Shown: one piece after another, positions 28,322 to 39,718 of the stretch
Position numbering within the stretch: position 1 is the first letter of the stretch
How the letters are laid out: every line of letters begins with the position of its first letter
From: Mayamaea pseudoterrestris
Lineage: Eukaryota
Assembly (NCBI GenBank): GCA_027923505.1
Contig: BROI01000024.1
Span: 248,001 to 312,000, forward strand
Direction: 5' to 3'
Length of the DNA stretch: 64,000 nt
Notes under the pieces: model-generated
The model's database searches: none
What the model was told of the DNA's origin: nothing
The model's input: the letters and a program-made list of their open reading frames with translations, nothing else
Position numbers and translations under genes: made by a program

Positions 28322-29896
28322 ATGACAAGACAAAGGAGATGCTGTCCGTCCATACTCCTACTTATGGTTGTCATGACATGGGCTGCGGTCTTGATGCAGC
28401 AGCATGCGCTGGTGGACAAAGTCTGGCGCGAATACACGGCGGATCTGATGACTGGGCAGACAGTACTTGCAGGATCGCCGCCGCATGATCAAGCTATTGT
28501 CACGCAATTGCTTCAAGTCAACAGCCGAACACAAGCGCAAATAAATGATAAGCAAGAGCAGCAGCGAATGAAACAGCCAAAGGGCAATGTCACGTCGCCG
28601 CAAATGCACTTTAACAATCAGCCATTGACGCTCGTCACGAAACAACTAACGTCCAGCAGCAACTGCTTCAACGAAGCGCCTCGCCAATTTCGAAACATTT
28701 CCTGGCAATTCACCAGCTGCCAATACACCAATCTGTGCTTTAACGTGCAAACGTTCCAGTATGTGCTAGCCGCAGGAGCAACGTCACTACCAGTCGCACT
28801 CGGCGGCATCAATCCGCGCTGGGACGTTGGAGCAGGCTACGATCGCGGTAGTACGAAAGTCAAGTGGTCACCAAACGTCATGGCGGCGGAGGTTGATCAA
28901 TACTACCAACTGCCTGATGACGTTGTGCTGGTGCCCTTTCATTCATTCGCCGGCCATAACGTTGGACATTTGCTATGGGACGACTTTTTCGCAATCTTTC
29001 GACTGCTGCAACTATATAACATGCTTGACGAGCAAGAGCGTTTGCAAATTCTACCCATTCGACAAGTGCTTGAGGAAAAGCTTTACGCCACGTGCGACAT
29101 TCGTCGCAACAAGCGGCTCCAGTGCACCAGCAACTTTCAAAAGTTTTTGCCGCTCATGAACGTTGATCCGATGCATTACTCGAGCCACAAACAAGTCAAT
29201 TTTACTGGTAACGCTAAGTCACCATTGGTGTGCAGTAAACGCGCCGTGGCTGGATTGGGCATGCTCACGGACCATGGCAAGCGAGACCATGGGTGGGAAA
29301 TGCATCAACAACGCGAAGGCATTGGTGAGTCGGTGGTGCCGCACATGCTTGGCAAGGGGAAACTGTTTTGGGACTTTCGATTGTTTGTGTTGCGCAACCT
29401 TGGATTAAAAGATTCCGAACCTGCATTATTTATCAAGGAAACGGCGCCTCGCATCATATTTTCGCTCGAGTCGTCTCGAGATTGGGATCGGCGATTAACG
29501 TTTACGCAACAAATACGTGCATTGGAAAAAGACTTGGCAGCCAACGCGGCAAACATTCAAGCGCATACATTGTGGCAAATGCCACTGGCTGACCAGATAC
29601 AACTCGCAATGAATTGTCACATTTTTGTAACAACATGTGGTGGTGGAAGTATCACGGCTACATTCTTGCCGCGTGGCGCTAGCCTTTTAGTATTTTATAA
29701 CGAAACTGGCGGTTTCGACTTTGGCAGCTTTCAAAGCAACGGTGCTCCGGCGCGACTGGATTGGGACTTGCTTGGCAATGCAGCGCACTTGCGCGTGCAC
29801 TGGTTGCCCATTGGCGGAATGGATACGAAAGATGGTTTGAATTTGTTCGTCAATTTAATCCGACACGAGCTTAAAGTGATCAAAATGTTGAGCTGA
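28322..29896 (+). CDS. Type II membrane glycosyltransferase, GT61/DUF563-like
   Basis: N-terminal TM; NVGHLLWDDF; DQIQLA...IFVTTCGGGS...FLPRGA resembles the GT61 C-terminal motif. Confidence 0.65.
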   Translation: MTRQRRCCPSILLLMVVMTWAAVLMQQHALVDKVWREYTADLMTGQTVLAGSPPHDQAIVTQLLQVNSRTQAQINDKQEQQRMKQPKGNVTSPQMHFNNQPLTLVTKQLTSSSNCFNEAPRQFRNISWQFTSCQYTNLCFNVQTFQYVLAAGATSLPVALGGINPRWDVGAGYDRGSTKVKWSPNVMAAEVDQYYQLPDDVVLVPFHSFAGHNVGHLLWDDFFAIFRLLQLYNMLDEQERLQILPIRQVLEEKLYATCDIRRNKRLQCTSNFQKFLPLMNVDPMHYSSHKQVNFTGNAKSPLVCSKRAVAGLGMLTDHGKRDHGWEMHQQREGIGESVVPHMLGKGKLFWDFRLFVLRNLGLKDSEPALFIKETAPRIIFSLESSRDWDRRLTFTQQIRALEKDLAANAANIQAHTLWQMPLADQIQLAMNCHIFVTTCGGGSITATFLPRGASLLVFYNETGGFDFGSFQSNGAPARLDWDLLGNAAHLRVHWLPIGGMDTKDGLNLFVNLIRHELKVIKMLS

Positions 29897-29933
29897 CAAG
29901 CGACGCTAAACTGAATGATGCTAAAAATGGTCG

Positions 29934-30014
29934 CATGTCTGGCTCACCATCAGTGAACATTACGACAGGCCGTGTCTGGCTCATGATCAGTGAACATTAG
30001 GACAGGCCATGTCT
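29934..30014. repeat. Tandem repeat, 37-bp unit, ~2.2 copies
   Basis: catgtctggctcaccatcagtgaacattacgacaggc / cgtgtctggctcatgatcagtgaacattaggacaggc / catgtct. Confidence 0.85.
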
Positions 30015-30431
30015 CGTCACAGGGAGTTTGTTGGATTAAAACAACGCAATGGTAACACTTTGTTCCCCAGCAAACTGGCAGATGGACGCTGTTGTTGCAA
30101 TATTTGCACAGCCCATTATAGCACTGATTAGCGGTAGCCACTTTCAAGCGCTCTCGATTGATCAAGACGCTGTTCTTGACTTGTTACCACATCTTTGTGA
30201 ATAGCCCAGCGCGCGCAAAAGCTTGTGCCATGAACTCTAGTAGTATGGCAAAGACCCCATAACTTTTGCATGAATCTACCGTTAAGTATCAGAGAAGACA
30301 GTCGATATATAAGTGAATGGTACCGCCAAAGGTGACATACCATTGAGTACGGTTACTACTACTTGTACACCCATTGACAACTAGTAGAATTGTAAGTGAT
30401 CAATTGATATTTAGAATACCGCAGCGCGCAC

Positions 30432-31514
30432 TTAAACCTTGTACTTGACTGCTTCTCGGTCAAAGGCCTGGACGACTCGCTCCAATCCCATCGTATACGG
30501 GTGCTGCGGAAACTTGGACTGCATCTCCTGCACCACTGCTGTTGCAGGCTTGGCCTGCTGCACACTGCAGCAAATCAAATTGATCAACGTGTCTGGCAAG
30601 GTTTTGAACTCTGCAAAATCCTTGATGCATTCCTGAAGTTTGAATTCGGCGCCAGCGTAGTCGCCCTGTTGCATCAACGCGCAAGCAACCAAGTTGAGAA
30701 GCAACGGGGATGGTCCATACTGCTCCGATAGCATACTGAGCGTATGCACCGCATCGGCTGCTCCCGTTGACCCACTCGCAAGGTTCATGTAAACGCTACC
30801 CAATTGCGTCAAGACGGAATCCTCGTCGCCAGAACGCAGACGCATAAGTTGCTGACGTGCCAAGTCAAGGCGATCAATCCGAAGGTAAATCTGTAGCGCC
30901 ATGAGACCATGCTCCATGGTGATGCTGCTTGTGGCAGTAGTTGCAGCCGCAGCACTGACGCACTGGAGAGCTTCCTTGACTTGGCCGGCTGTCAAAAGCA
31001 TGTGGCTGGCAGTGAGCTGAACGCTGGCATCGTTGCTATGCGAGCCAGCAAGTGACTTAATATTGTCAAGCAGAGGCGCCTGCGCAGCTTCATTGCCTGA
31101 AGCAGCATCAAATTGCGCCTTGATGCTCAAAGCCTGCAGGCCTGAAAAAGGATTTAAGGATCAGCGAGTCACGAGTCAGCTTGATGAGTGCAAAAATAAA
31201 GATACAGCAATTGCTCAAATAACTTCGCAATGTTTGATGAGTGCAAGAATAAACGAAACAACAGCTCAAACAACTTCTTTGGAATGCCTTCTCAATATTA
31301 AATATTAAATAAATAACGCACCAGGCGAACTTCCTCCGATACCAGAGTAGTTTCCAAGAGCCAAATTGGCTCGCGCCAGAAACTCTTCACGCTCTTCCTT
31401 CAGCGCCGGACTCATGGGTCGACGAGCGACGGATTTGGCCTCCTCGACGGCTAGGCCATAGTGACCTAGCCAAAACTGCGCTCGGAGAGTATAGAGCTCA
31501 TCAGGTTCCGACAT
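30432..31514 (-). CDS. COPE: Coatomer subunit epsilon; exons 31514-31322 and 31141-30432
   Basis: MSEPDELYTLRAQFWLGHY, LQIYLRIDRLDLA, DEDSVLTQL, PDTLINL, PQHPY; GT-AG intron restores the frame. Confidence 0.9.
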
Positions 31515-32028
31515 GCTTTCGATAAACAAGAAGTACTTTGGCAAGGTTGCTGCTGCAGATGTGTGCGGTCATCGCGGATCCTCATGGTGGAGCGGCATTT
31601 ATGTGTAGCGGTTATGAAAAGACACGTCACTTGCCTATGCGGTAGAATGACCCGGGTAGTTTACACTCCGTACTGGTAGCTGACAGCAGGCCAAAGCTAC
31701 CTTGGACGCTAGGGGAGACCTTTCATTCATGTATCTGTGCATCATGCAAGGCGACCTACTACGACAACAATCAATGCATCTCAGTTAGCGGTCATCAGAA
31801 GCAGAAGGCAGTTATCTGAACAGAATGTCCGTTTGAATAATGGTCCATCGTGCGCCTCTGCTTACTGTTAGTGTCGCATCAACTACTATCTCTGAGCAAG
31901 TTGCCGGCGATATACCAGCCACTAGCAGCTTATCTTGCTTAAATTCAGAGTAAAAACGTAGTCGAGCGACGGAAATGCTGCCTTGCATAACGTTCGTTCA
32001 CCACATTGTGCATACTTTATAAATTTAA

Positions 32029-33271
32029 TTACATACCAAGTAGGGCCTTCCCACCCGCGATTGCCAAACCAGCACCAACCAGTGTATTTATGAAATTGAC
32101 AACCTCGTTTGTCATCCATGCCATGCCCTTCTTTTCCTGCAGCGTCGCTCCGACGACACTCTCCACGTTGGTAGCGACAAAGGCCGCCGCGGTGCACAAG
32201 GCCACCGATGGCAAGTCAATGAGACCAATCAAGTTGGCGTACATGGAGAGTAGAAAGCCACCAACGACTGCAGCAGCCGTTCCCTCTATGAAAGTCAAAG
32301 ATGAACACAAATGAGAACAGTGCATGTGACGCACGGCGTGTAATATGAGCTAATTCATCATGTACGCACCAGCCGAAACGGCTCCCTCGGTCCCCGGCGG
32401 AACCCGCTGAAACGTTGTAATGAGAAAGGTTGTTTTGCCGTACGCCTTGCCAATCTCGGATGCAAAGGTGTCTGCCAACTTGGTTGCCAGAGAGGCCACA
32501 TAGGCAACGATAAAGAGCGAAGGAGACACATTGAAAATGCCACTCTGCGTTGATGCAATGGCACATGCCAGCCCTGTCGCGGCGGATCCCCTGTTGTGAA
32601 TGCGAAAAAGGCAAAGCAATAAGGATGAAATGCTTACGAGTCGTGACATGAAAACGTTATAACACAGTAACCACGAGTCGCCGCTACTAACAACTAATTT
32701 AATACACATACCACACATTTTCAGGTCCTCGTCGGCCTCCTCGTCCTTCCGCGAGTCCCTGCTCCTCCTTGTAGTCAAACTTGACCTTGGTGACCAGTGA
32801 CCCCAAGATCAAGTAGAGGACGCAAACGCTCCAACCCTTCCATCCGGTCACTGCCCAGAGCGCAGTCCCCAACGCGAACGCGTGGGCGTAACCAGCAAAC
32901 GTCAGCGAGGAGAGTAGCTTGCGGCGTCCCAGTGTGAACAAGACAACATTCACGAGCAAGGATTGTGGCAAGGGGACTCTGCCGCTCGAGGCGAAAATTA
33001 TGGACAGCTGAGATGTAATGGCGTCACCACTGAAAGCGCCGAAACCAAGCTGGAGTTGAGTGTTATGACTCCTTGCTGCTGCTGCTCTGGAGTTTCCAAG
33101 TGAAGATTCGCGCGGTTGTAACGATGAGATTACATGCTTCGTTGTCGTGGCAGCAGCCGGCGTGAGAAAACTTTGCTGCTGCCTCGGCCGAGTCCAGCTT
33201 TGTCGTCCAGGGATAAACGCATGTGCGACTGCTGATAGTAATGCAAATGTTAGAAACAGTAGCTTTGCCAT
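32029..33271 (-). CDS. Plastid-targeted DUF92/TMEM19 protein, VTE6-like (phytyl-phosphate kinase family); exons 33271-32712, 32590-32370, 32285-32029
   Basis: RRGPENVWGSAATG, KLADTFASEIGKAYG, PGTEGAVSAEGT, NEVVNFINT; signal peptide ending AHA-F. Confidence 0.85.
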
Positions 33272-33466
33272 GGCTGCTGCAACAGGAGTTGTTTGTTGTT
33301 TGACGTTTCGTTGTGATGGATCGAAAACGATCTTGTCGATGGATTGATGGTTTAGTGCCGCTACGATTTAAGCACCGGTGCGAAGGCATGGATGATCGCG
33401 GTCGCGTCCTGATCACAAAACACAAAACAAAATCCAGCCGCAGTCACCTCTTGCTCTCTCTCTCAC

Positions 33467-34567
33467 ATGGGCCGCCTATCGCGCGACAAGCGAGACATTT
33501 TCTATCGGCTCGCCAAGGAGCGTGGCTATCGGGCGCGATCAGCTTTCAAGCTACTGCAGATTGACGCCGAGTTTCACATTTTTAATGGCGTTGTGCGCGC
33601 CGTGGATTTGGCGGCGGCGCCTGGATCATGGTCGCAAGTACTAGCGGATGCCTTGTATAATGATGATGATGATGATGAAGAAGAAATTGTAATCACTGTG
33701 GCTGCTGTAGAAGCGAATGGAAAAGTAGACATTGATCGAGAGGGAGACGAAGGGCAACCAGCAGCAGCAGCAGCAGCAGCTGACGATGGATGCAGCGAAT
33801 CACATCACGATAACGCTACTAACGCTAACAGTAACCATCATCATACTGATACTGAATCAATCATTGACAACAGAATCATTGCCGTCGACTTGCAGCCCAT
33901 GGCGCCCATTCGCGGCGTCAAATGCTTGCAGGGCGACATGACGACGCTGGACACAGCGCACGCCATATTACGCGAAATGCAGGGTCACCGCGCCGAACTG
34001 GTCGTCTGCGACGGCGCCCCCGACGTGACGGGACTGCACGACGTGGACGAGTACTTGCAGTCGCAGTTGCTACTGTCGGCCATGCTGATTGCGACGCATG
34101 TTTTGAAGCAAGACGGCACGCTGGTGGCCAAGATTTTCCGAGGCTCCCAGGTGGGCTTTCTATATGCGCAGCTGCGCGTTCTCTTTGATCGCGTCAGTGT
34201 CGCCAAGCCTAGTAGCTCGCGCAACTCGAGCATGGAAGCCTTTGTCGTTTGTCAAGGTTTTCACGGTGCGCCGTACTTTGACTTGCCGCTGGATGCGGGT
34301 GGTTTGACGAACGTTTTGGACGCGACCGAGTGGTGCAGCAGTCGCAACGTTGATCCAGAGCTGGATCCGGCCGTCTTGCCATTCTTGGCGTGTGGAGACT
34401 TGCGTGGCTGGAAGCTTCCCGAGGGTGTTACTGTCTTGGATGCCGACAAGAGTTATCCAATGGACGAAACAACTGACAAGTACACACCGCCAGTGGCACC
34501 ACCCATTGATCCTCCCTACCAGCAGAGTCAGGAGCGACAAAAGGAGGAACGACAAAAGCGAGCGTAG
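33467..34567 (+). CDS. TRM7: tRNA (C32/N34) 2'-O-methyltransferase TRM7/FTSJ1
   Basis: MGRLSRDKRDIFYRLAKERGYRARSAFKLLQID, CDGAPDVTGLHD, AKIFRG, SSRNSSMEAF. Confidence 0.95.
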   Translation: MGRLSRDKRDIFYRLAKERGYRARSAFKLLQIDAEFHIFNGVVRAVDLAAAPGSWSQVLADALYNDDDDDEEEIVITVAAVEANGKVDIDREGDEGQPAAAAAAADDGCSESHHDNATNANSNHHHTDTESIIDNRIIAVDLQPMAPIRGVKCLQGDMTTLDTAHAILREMQGHRAELVVCDGAPDVTGLHDVDEYLQSQLLLSAMLIATHVLKQDGTLVAKIFRGSQVGFLYAQLRVLFDRVSVAKPSSSRNSSMEAFVVCQGFHGAPYFDLPLDAGGLTNVLDATEWCSSRNVDPELDPAVLPFLACGDLRGWKLPEGVTVLDADKSYPMDETTDKYTPPVAPPIDPPYQQSQERQKEERQKRA

Positions 34568-34735
34568 CATTTTCATAGGATTGCATTAATTGAGATGATC
34601 ACGACGACGAGGCATCGTACAACTTGTTTGAAGAATAAAACATGAACGGATTATCCGGGATCAAGAAACATGAGTACTTGTACTCGCTTGAAAGAAGCTA
34701 GTTATTAACCGGTTAAATTATATTTTATAATCTGT

Positions 34736-35722
34736 TCACGACAAGTACTGACTCGAGTACATGTCTCGAATCAGTTGCACAATGACAAACATGCAAACCG
34801 TATGTCCTCCGCATCGTATATAGTAGGGAAAGAACCCATTGTACAAGGCCAAGAATCCTTCCTCAACACTCACCTTGCGAATCGTTTGCAGTATGGAATT
34901 GTACGGCGTTTTCCCGGTCGCATCCTTGCGTTGACTCGCCATGCGATTCTTGCATGCCTCCAGCGGCATGGTGGCCACCGAGTAAATGAAACCCGACGTC
35001 ATGGCGGCGGAAAACACGTTCATCATGCTATTCTTGGTTTGCTGAAAATAACTGGCATACAAGTCTTTGAACTGATCCAGCGTCGCCACTTGAAAGACTC
35101 CCACGAACATGGCGCGCATGACAAACGGATTGGACCCTCGCCAAAAGGTCCATATTCCCTCCTCCCTGACAATCTTGGTCGCCGTGTCGAGTACGTTTCT
35201 ATAGTTTCGTCGCTCCTGCAGCGGCAAGCTGCAGTCGTTGCTCATGCGCACCACGCACACCTCCATGGGACAAGACACGTAGGCGGCAACGCCGCCCGTC
35301 GTGGCGCCCACCAACACGCGACTGGCAAAATCCGTGTGGCCGCGGTAGTCGTGCAGCAAGTCGCGCAAGGTTTCAAAGAGACCGAACCGCGTCGTGGCGT
35401 AAAAGACTTGTCGCAGAACGCCCGCCGATAGGCCGTCGTACAAGCTCATCCAGCCAGACTCGCGAATCATGGTGACAAAGGAGAAGGGCTTGCCGTGCAT
35501 GCTGGCCAAATTCATGCGCACGGCCAAAGTGTTGGCTGGATGCACAATGGCCCAGCCGAGGCAGCCGCCGAGGCCGCTGGATGCGAAAATGACTGATTTT
35601 GGTAGCGTGTTCGAGTCTTGTGGTGATGATGGTGCAGCTGTAGTGTTGCTGCTCGTGGCGAGTAGCTGCGATGGAAGCGACGGTTGGAGAGGTGACGGCA
35701 TGGAACGAGGGAACATGATCAA
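34736..35722 (-). CDS. Mitochondrial carrier, 2-oxoglutarate/malate (dicarboxylate) type
   Basis: Three PxExxxxR-like repeats; GLSAGVLRQVFYATTRFG, RRNYRNV, RAMFVGVFQVAT. Confidence 0.88.
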   Translation of the reverse strand: MIMFPRSMPSPLQPSLPSQLLATSSNTTAAPSSPQDSNTLPKSVIFASSGLGGCLGWAIVHPANTLAVRMNLASMHGKPFSFVTMIRESGWMSLYDGLSAGVLRQVFYATTRFGLFETLRDLLHDYRGHTDFASRVLVGATTGGVAAYVSCPMEVCVVRMSNDCSLPLQERRNYRNVLDTATKIVREEGIWTFWRGSNPFVMRAMFVGVFQVATLDQFKDLYASYFQQTKNSMMNVFSAAMTSGFIYSVATMPLEACKNRMASQRKDATGKTPYNSILQTIRKVSVEEGFLALYNGFFPYYIRCGGHTVCMFVIVQLIRDMYSSQYLS

Positions 35723-36059
35723 AATACAGTCGAAATATGGGAAGTAATGCTACGTTGAGTCTCTTTGTTCTTTGATTGATCTTAACATTGATCAAAACTA
35801 GTTTAAAGAGTGAAAAAGGTCGTCGCAATGCAAGCATCGGCGTTGACGGCCGTCAACGTCGTGTCATCGACGGGCCGCGTTTTTGCGTTCGGATTGCGAC
35901 ATTGTCGCAGCGGTTCTAAGAAGGTCGCGTGACATTTTGATTGGCTCAACGCCACGTCACTTGTGACTTCGAAGGAACCGCGCCAAAAACGCTTCACCAT
36001 GGAGAACCCGACGACGAGTAGCTCTCACAAAATCAAACAGCGACGAAACAATCGATCGA

Positions 36060-37112
36060 ATGAAATTAGTTGGCGCATTACAAGCATTCACACTACTCCA
36101 CAGCATTCTCACTACTTCTGCCTTTGAAGCATCATCTACCACAACAACATCATCAAACACTTGTCCATCTGCATCAGCATCCAACACCATGACTCGATTC
36201 CGCGCCGTCAAGCAAGTACTACCTCGTCCTCACCCCCACTGGGTCGGCGACGGATTCAACGTATACCCCGTCTTTGGCGACAAGGCGTTCACGCGCGAAA
36301 TATCACCCCTCCTCATGTTTGACTACGCCGCTCCCAAGCAGTTTCCACCTCGCTCCGACAAGAAACCACTCGGCGTGGGCGAGCATCCGCACCGCGGCTT
36401 TGAAACCGTCACGGTGGCCTTTACAGGCGAGGTGGAGCATCACGACAGCACGGGCAAATCGGGGGTGATTGCGCAGGGTGACGTGCAGTGGATGACGGCG
36501 GGTCGGGGCATTGTCCATCAAGAGTATCACTCCAAGGAATTTACCAAGAGTGGTGGTGTCTTTGAAATGTGTCAATTGTGGGTGAATCTGCCGAAAAAGG
36601 ATAAAATGACGAAACCGGGGTATCAGTTGATCAAGAATGACAAGATTCCAGTCGTGAAGTTGCCGATTGGGGTGACGGAGGAGGCGCACGTGGTTGGAAC
36701 GGCTCGCATCATTGCTGGTGACATTGACAAGACCAAGGGAAGCGCCAAGACGTATTCGCCGGTGCAAATGTGGGATGTGAGTCTACCAAAGGTTGGAACG
36801 GAAGTGGACTTGCCCTTTCCTTCGGACCAAAACTGCGTCTTGTTCGTGCGACGTGGCGGCGTGCAAGTGCTGAGTGGCGCGTCGGACGACCAGAAAGGCA
36901 GCAAGCTTGGGCCGCAGGATGTGGCACTCTTTCACATGGATGGCAGCGATACATTGCGAGTTCGCGTGACGCAACCTGATTCAAGTATCATGGTGCTTGG
37001 TGGCGAGCCTATTGATGAGCCGATTGCCAACATGGGGCCGTTTGTCATGAACACGCAAGAAGAGTTGCAGCAGGCCATGGTTGATTATCGCTCGGGAAAG
37101 TTTGGTAAATAA
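36060..37112 (+). CDS. Pirin family protein
   Basis: HPHRGFETVT, HHDSTG, QWMTAGRGIVHQE, QLWVNLP, GPFVMNT. Confidence 0.93.
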   Translation: MKLVGALQAFTLLHSILTTSAFEASSTTTTSSNTCPSASASNTMTRFRAVKQVLPRPHPHWVGDGFNVYPVFGDKAFTREISPLLMFDYAAPKQFPPRSDKKPLGVGEHPHRGFETVTVAFTGEVEHHDSTGKSGVIAQGDVQWMTAGRGIVHQEYHSKEFTKSGGVFEMCQLWVNLPKKDKMTKPGYQLIKNDKIPVVKLPIGVTEEAHVVGTARIIAGDIDKTKGSAKTYSPVQMWDVSLPKVGTEVDLPFPSDQNCVLFVRRGGVQVLSGASDDQKGSKLGPQDVALFHMDGSDTLRVRVTQPDSSIMVLGGEPIDEPIANMGPFVMNTQEELQQAMVDYRSGKFGK

Positions 37113-37170
37113 GTACATGAGCAGTGGCATGCATTTGTAATCTGATTTTAGCACTAAATATAGTTATTAA

Positions 37171-39420
37171 TTACTCTGCCTTTTGGTCAATCAATCGTTG
37201 TAGAGCCATTTGCAGAAAGAGCCCAAATTCGACATCCGAGTGGAATTTGACCTTTTTGTAAGCTCCAGTATCAATACTCATGCTAGTGACGGTCAACTCC
37301 TCGCCAGACAACAAACAATCAATGACCCATGACTGAAATGAAATGGTAAATTGGGCCTGCAAGTCAAATACTGACAGTGACAACCACTCGGTGCGCAAAC
37401 GATCATCCGTCTTTGGTTGCAGCCACACATTGACGCTCCGAATCGTTGCTCGTATGCGTTGCTCCAACAGTAACTTTGAGCCCAGGGCGCAGCAGTGCTG
37501 CAGAATGCACGGAGATGTTTCAACGTGCTTGCGCGCATGTGTACCCGCCGTTTGGCTCGTTTCCCGCTGCTTGCGTTTTTTGGCCATGCGAATCGAATGC
37601 TTGTGGAAGCGCTCCTGCGCGTCAATCAGGAGAATCCTGCAAAATATCAATAACTGCGCCGCACTTTGGCTGCCGCTGCTACATTTCAACGGCAATTGCG
37701 TCTCGTCAATCTCCATGGCATTGTCATTGTGAATCGCCAAACAATCATCATTTGCTGCAGTCACATTTCCAGCCTCCACGAGTTTGACTGTCAAGGTATA
37801 TTCGCAATCAAGCTGCACCTTGACTTCTCCTTCGTGGCAGTGAATGACGCAAATGGGAGCCAGATCGCCCATCGTCGCGCCACTCATGAGGGAAGGCGGC
37901 GGCAAAAAGTTGGTCTCGGACTCGCTTGACAACCAAACATTTGATAGAGTTTTGCTGGTGCGAACGTTTCCAATCTCCTCCGTGTCGGGCGCGAGCTCTC
38001 GACGAATGGATTCAAATAGTGTAGCACATAGTAACGAGTGTTGCAGTGAAGCCAGCACCTTTTCATCATGCTGCGCCTGCCCATTCTTGTTGCCGGCATC
38101 GTCGTCGTCGTCGTCATCAGTTACAGACAGGGGAGGCAGCTGCGCGCTCTGACGAAACCCTGTCGATGGCTTTTCAATGTCAAACTGTAGAGAAAGCATG
38201 GCGGATTTCTTGGGGTCAAAATCAACGTCAAGTTTGCCAAGGTCTGGATTATACACGGCGAATGGCTCTGCCACGGTCCAGAGTTTGTGCTTTTCCTCCT
38301 GCTCTTTCAATGACGTCTGCTGCATCATTTCCTCATCATTATCATCCACGTCCATGTTATCGTTTGCGATGCTCTCCACTCGCTTTCTCCATTCCTTGAC
38401 ATCCTGCTTGGCGTCATATTCTTGCTTGAGTTCAATCGTCGCCAGCCGCGGCAAACGCTTGGCCTGTTGCCCCAAGACACTACTCGTAGCGGCCAATAAA
38501 TTACCTTGTTGCTGCTGCTGGTTGTTGCTTTGCGTTGCTGCCACGGCATACAGATCCACGTCGCAGGCAATCGTTTCAATGGGCCGCACGGCATGTGGCT
38601 GCGCCCGACTCGCATGCTCCGGCGCCACGAGTCGCCACTGCTGCTTGCGCAGCTCCAGCAGTCGCTCGTCGGGTCGTGTCTGCGAAGCCACGGCTAGCTC
38701 CAAGCGACGAAAGTGGCGCTGCAAGGTTTTGGAAGCAGCTTGGAACTGAGCGCGCTTGCGGTGCAAACTGTAGAGTGTTTTGACTCGTTGCTCCTGCTGC
38801 ATGTTCGAGGCAGAAGCGGATGCTGCAGGCGAAGGCTTGGTAGTAGTTTTGGTTGATGATGATGCAGTCGTATCATTCGTCGTTCCTTGACTCTTGTCGG
38901 GAGCTTCATTCGAGGGTGCTGTAGCAGTTGTAGTATCAACCACCACAATGTTGCTCATGTCAAAGTATTCTGGATACAGCGAGCAAAGGTTAATGGCTCG
39001 ATTGACTTCCTGAATCGCTTCCGTCTGCAAGACGGCCGAAGCCATGGCTAGTGGATGAATCTGAGGAGTATCGGAAGCCTTCTTCTGTTTGCTAGCATTT
39101 TCGTCAGGTTCAACTGATCCTGCTACAGATGCAACATCATCACCAACGGTTTCGACATCCTTTGCCTCATCGCGCAGCTTTGTCTTTTTGCCTCGCAGAT
39201 TCTGCTGCAACAGTCCATGTCGCGCCAGCGATTGCTCAAATATCAAGTTGCGTTGCTTCTGTGATGGTTTGGCGAGAATGACGCCGGTTCCGTCCGGATT
39301 AATGTGCGAAGGTGTGACGGAACGAGTCAATTGATGGTCGGTTTCATCGGGAGCTGAAGAAGCAGCGGACGTTTCGTCAAAGGTCCTTTTTCTCAAAGAA
39401 GCTTCAGTTTCTGTAGACAT
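37171..39420 (-). CDS. MED17: Mediator subunit 17-like
   Basis: KRAQFQAASKTL...LLELRKQQWRL and LQHSLLCATLFESIRRE resemble conserved MED17 segments; recognition is from memory only. Confidence 0.6.
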   Translation of the reverse strand: MSTETEASLRKRTFDETSAASSAPDETDHQLTRSVTPSHINPDGTGVILAKPSQKQRNLIFEQSLARHGLLQQNLRGKKTKLRDEAKDVETVGDDVASVAGSVEPDENASKQKKASDTPQIHPLAMASAVLQTEAIQEVNRAINLCSLYPEYFDMSNIVVVDTTTATAPSNEAPDKSQGTTNDTTASSSTKTTTKPSPAASASASNMQQEQRVKTLYSLHRKRAQFQAASKTLQRHFRRLELAVASQTRPDERLLELRKQQWRLVAPEHASRAQPHAVRPIETIACDVDLYAVAATQSNNQQQQQGNLLAATSSVLGQQAKRLPRLATIELKQEYDAKQDVKEWRKRVESIANDNMDVDDNDEEMMQQTSLKEQEEKHKLWTVAEPFAVYNPDLGKLDVDFDPKKSAMLSLQFDIEKPSTGFRQSAQLPPLSVTDDDDDDDAGNKNGQAQHDEKVLASLQHSLLCATLFESIRRELAPDTEEIGNVRTSKTLSNVWLSSESETNFLPPPSLMSGATMGDLAPICVIHCHEGEVKVQLDCEYTLTVKLVEAGNVTAANDDCLAIHNDNAMEIDETQLPLKCSSGSQSAAQLLIFCRILLIDAQERFHKHSIRMAKKRKQRETSQTAGTHARKHVETSPCILQHCCALGSKLLLEQRIRATIRSVNVWLQPKTDDRLRTEWLSLSVFDLQAQFTISFQSWVIDCLLSGEELTVTSMSIDTGAYKKVKFHSDVEFGLFLQMALQRLIDQKAE

Positions 39421-39718
39421 GTTAGCGTTTAAAAAGTGGTAGTCGTTATTACTAGTTGCTGATTTTTCAAGCAATAATGATCATCGTCGTGAGGGCCGAC
39501 GAATTTCTCATGGTGGCGCGGCGACCGCGCCGCTTCTTTCATTCAGTCGCAGCGGTTTTGACACGCAAAGATTTTTTCGACCATCACAGCATAAGCTACT
39601 CCTGCTTTATCGACAAGTTTGCTATGGCACTTTTTACAATTTAAGAAAGAATGTGCACCTTGACTCGACTCGAAGCAGCCACGATCGATGTGCCCCACGA
39701 TTTACAATGTTTACATAG

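Noticed and set aside
29934..30014. CRISPR-like 37-bp repeat
   Set aside because: Units are head-to-tail with no spacers, there are no cas genes, and the context is eukaryotic
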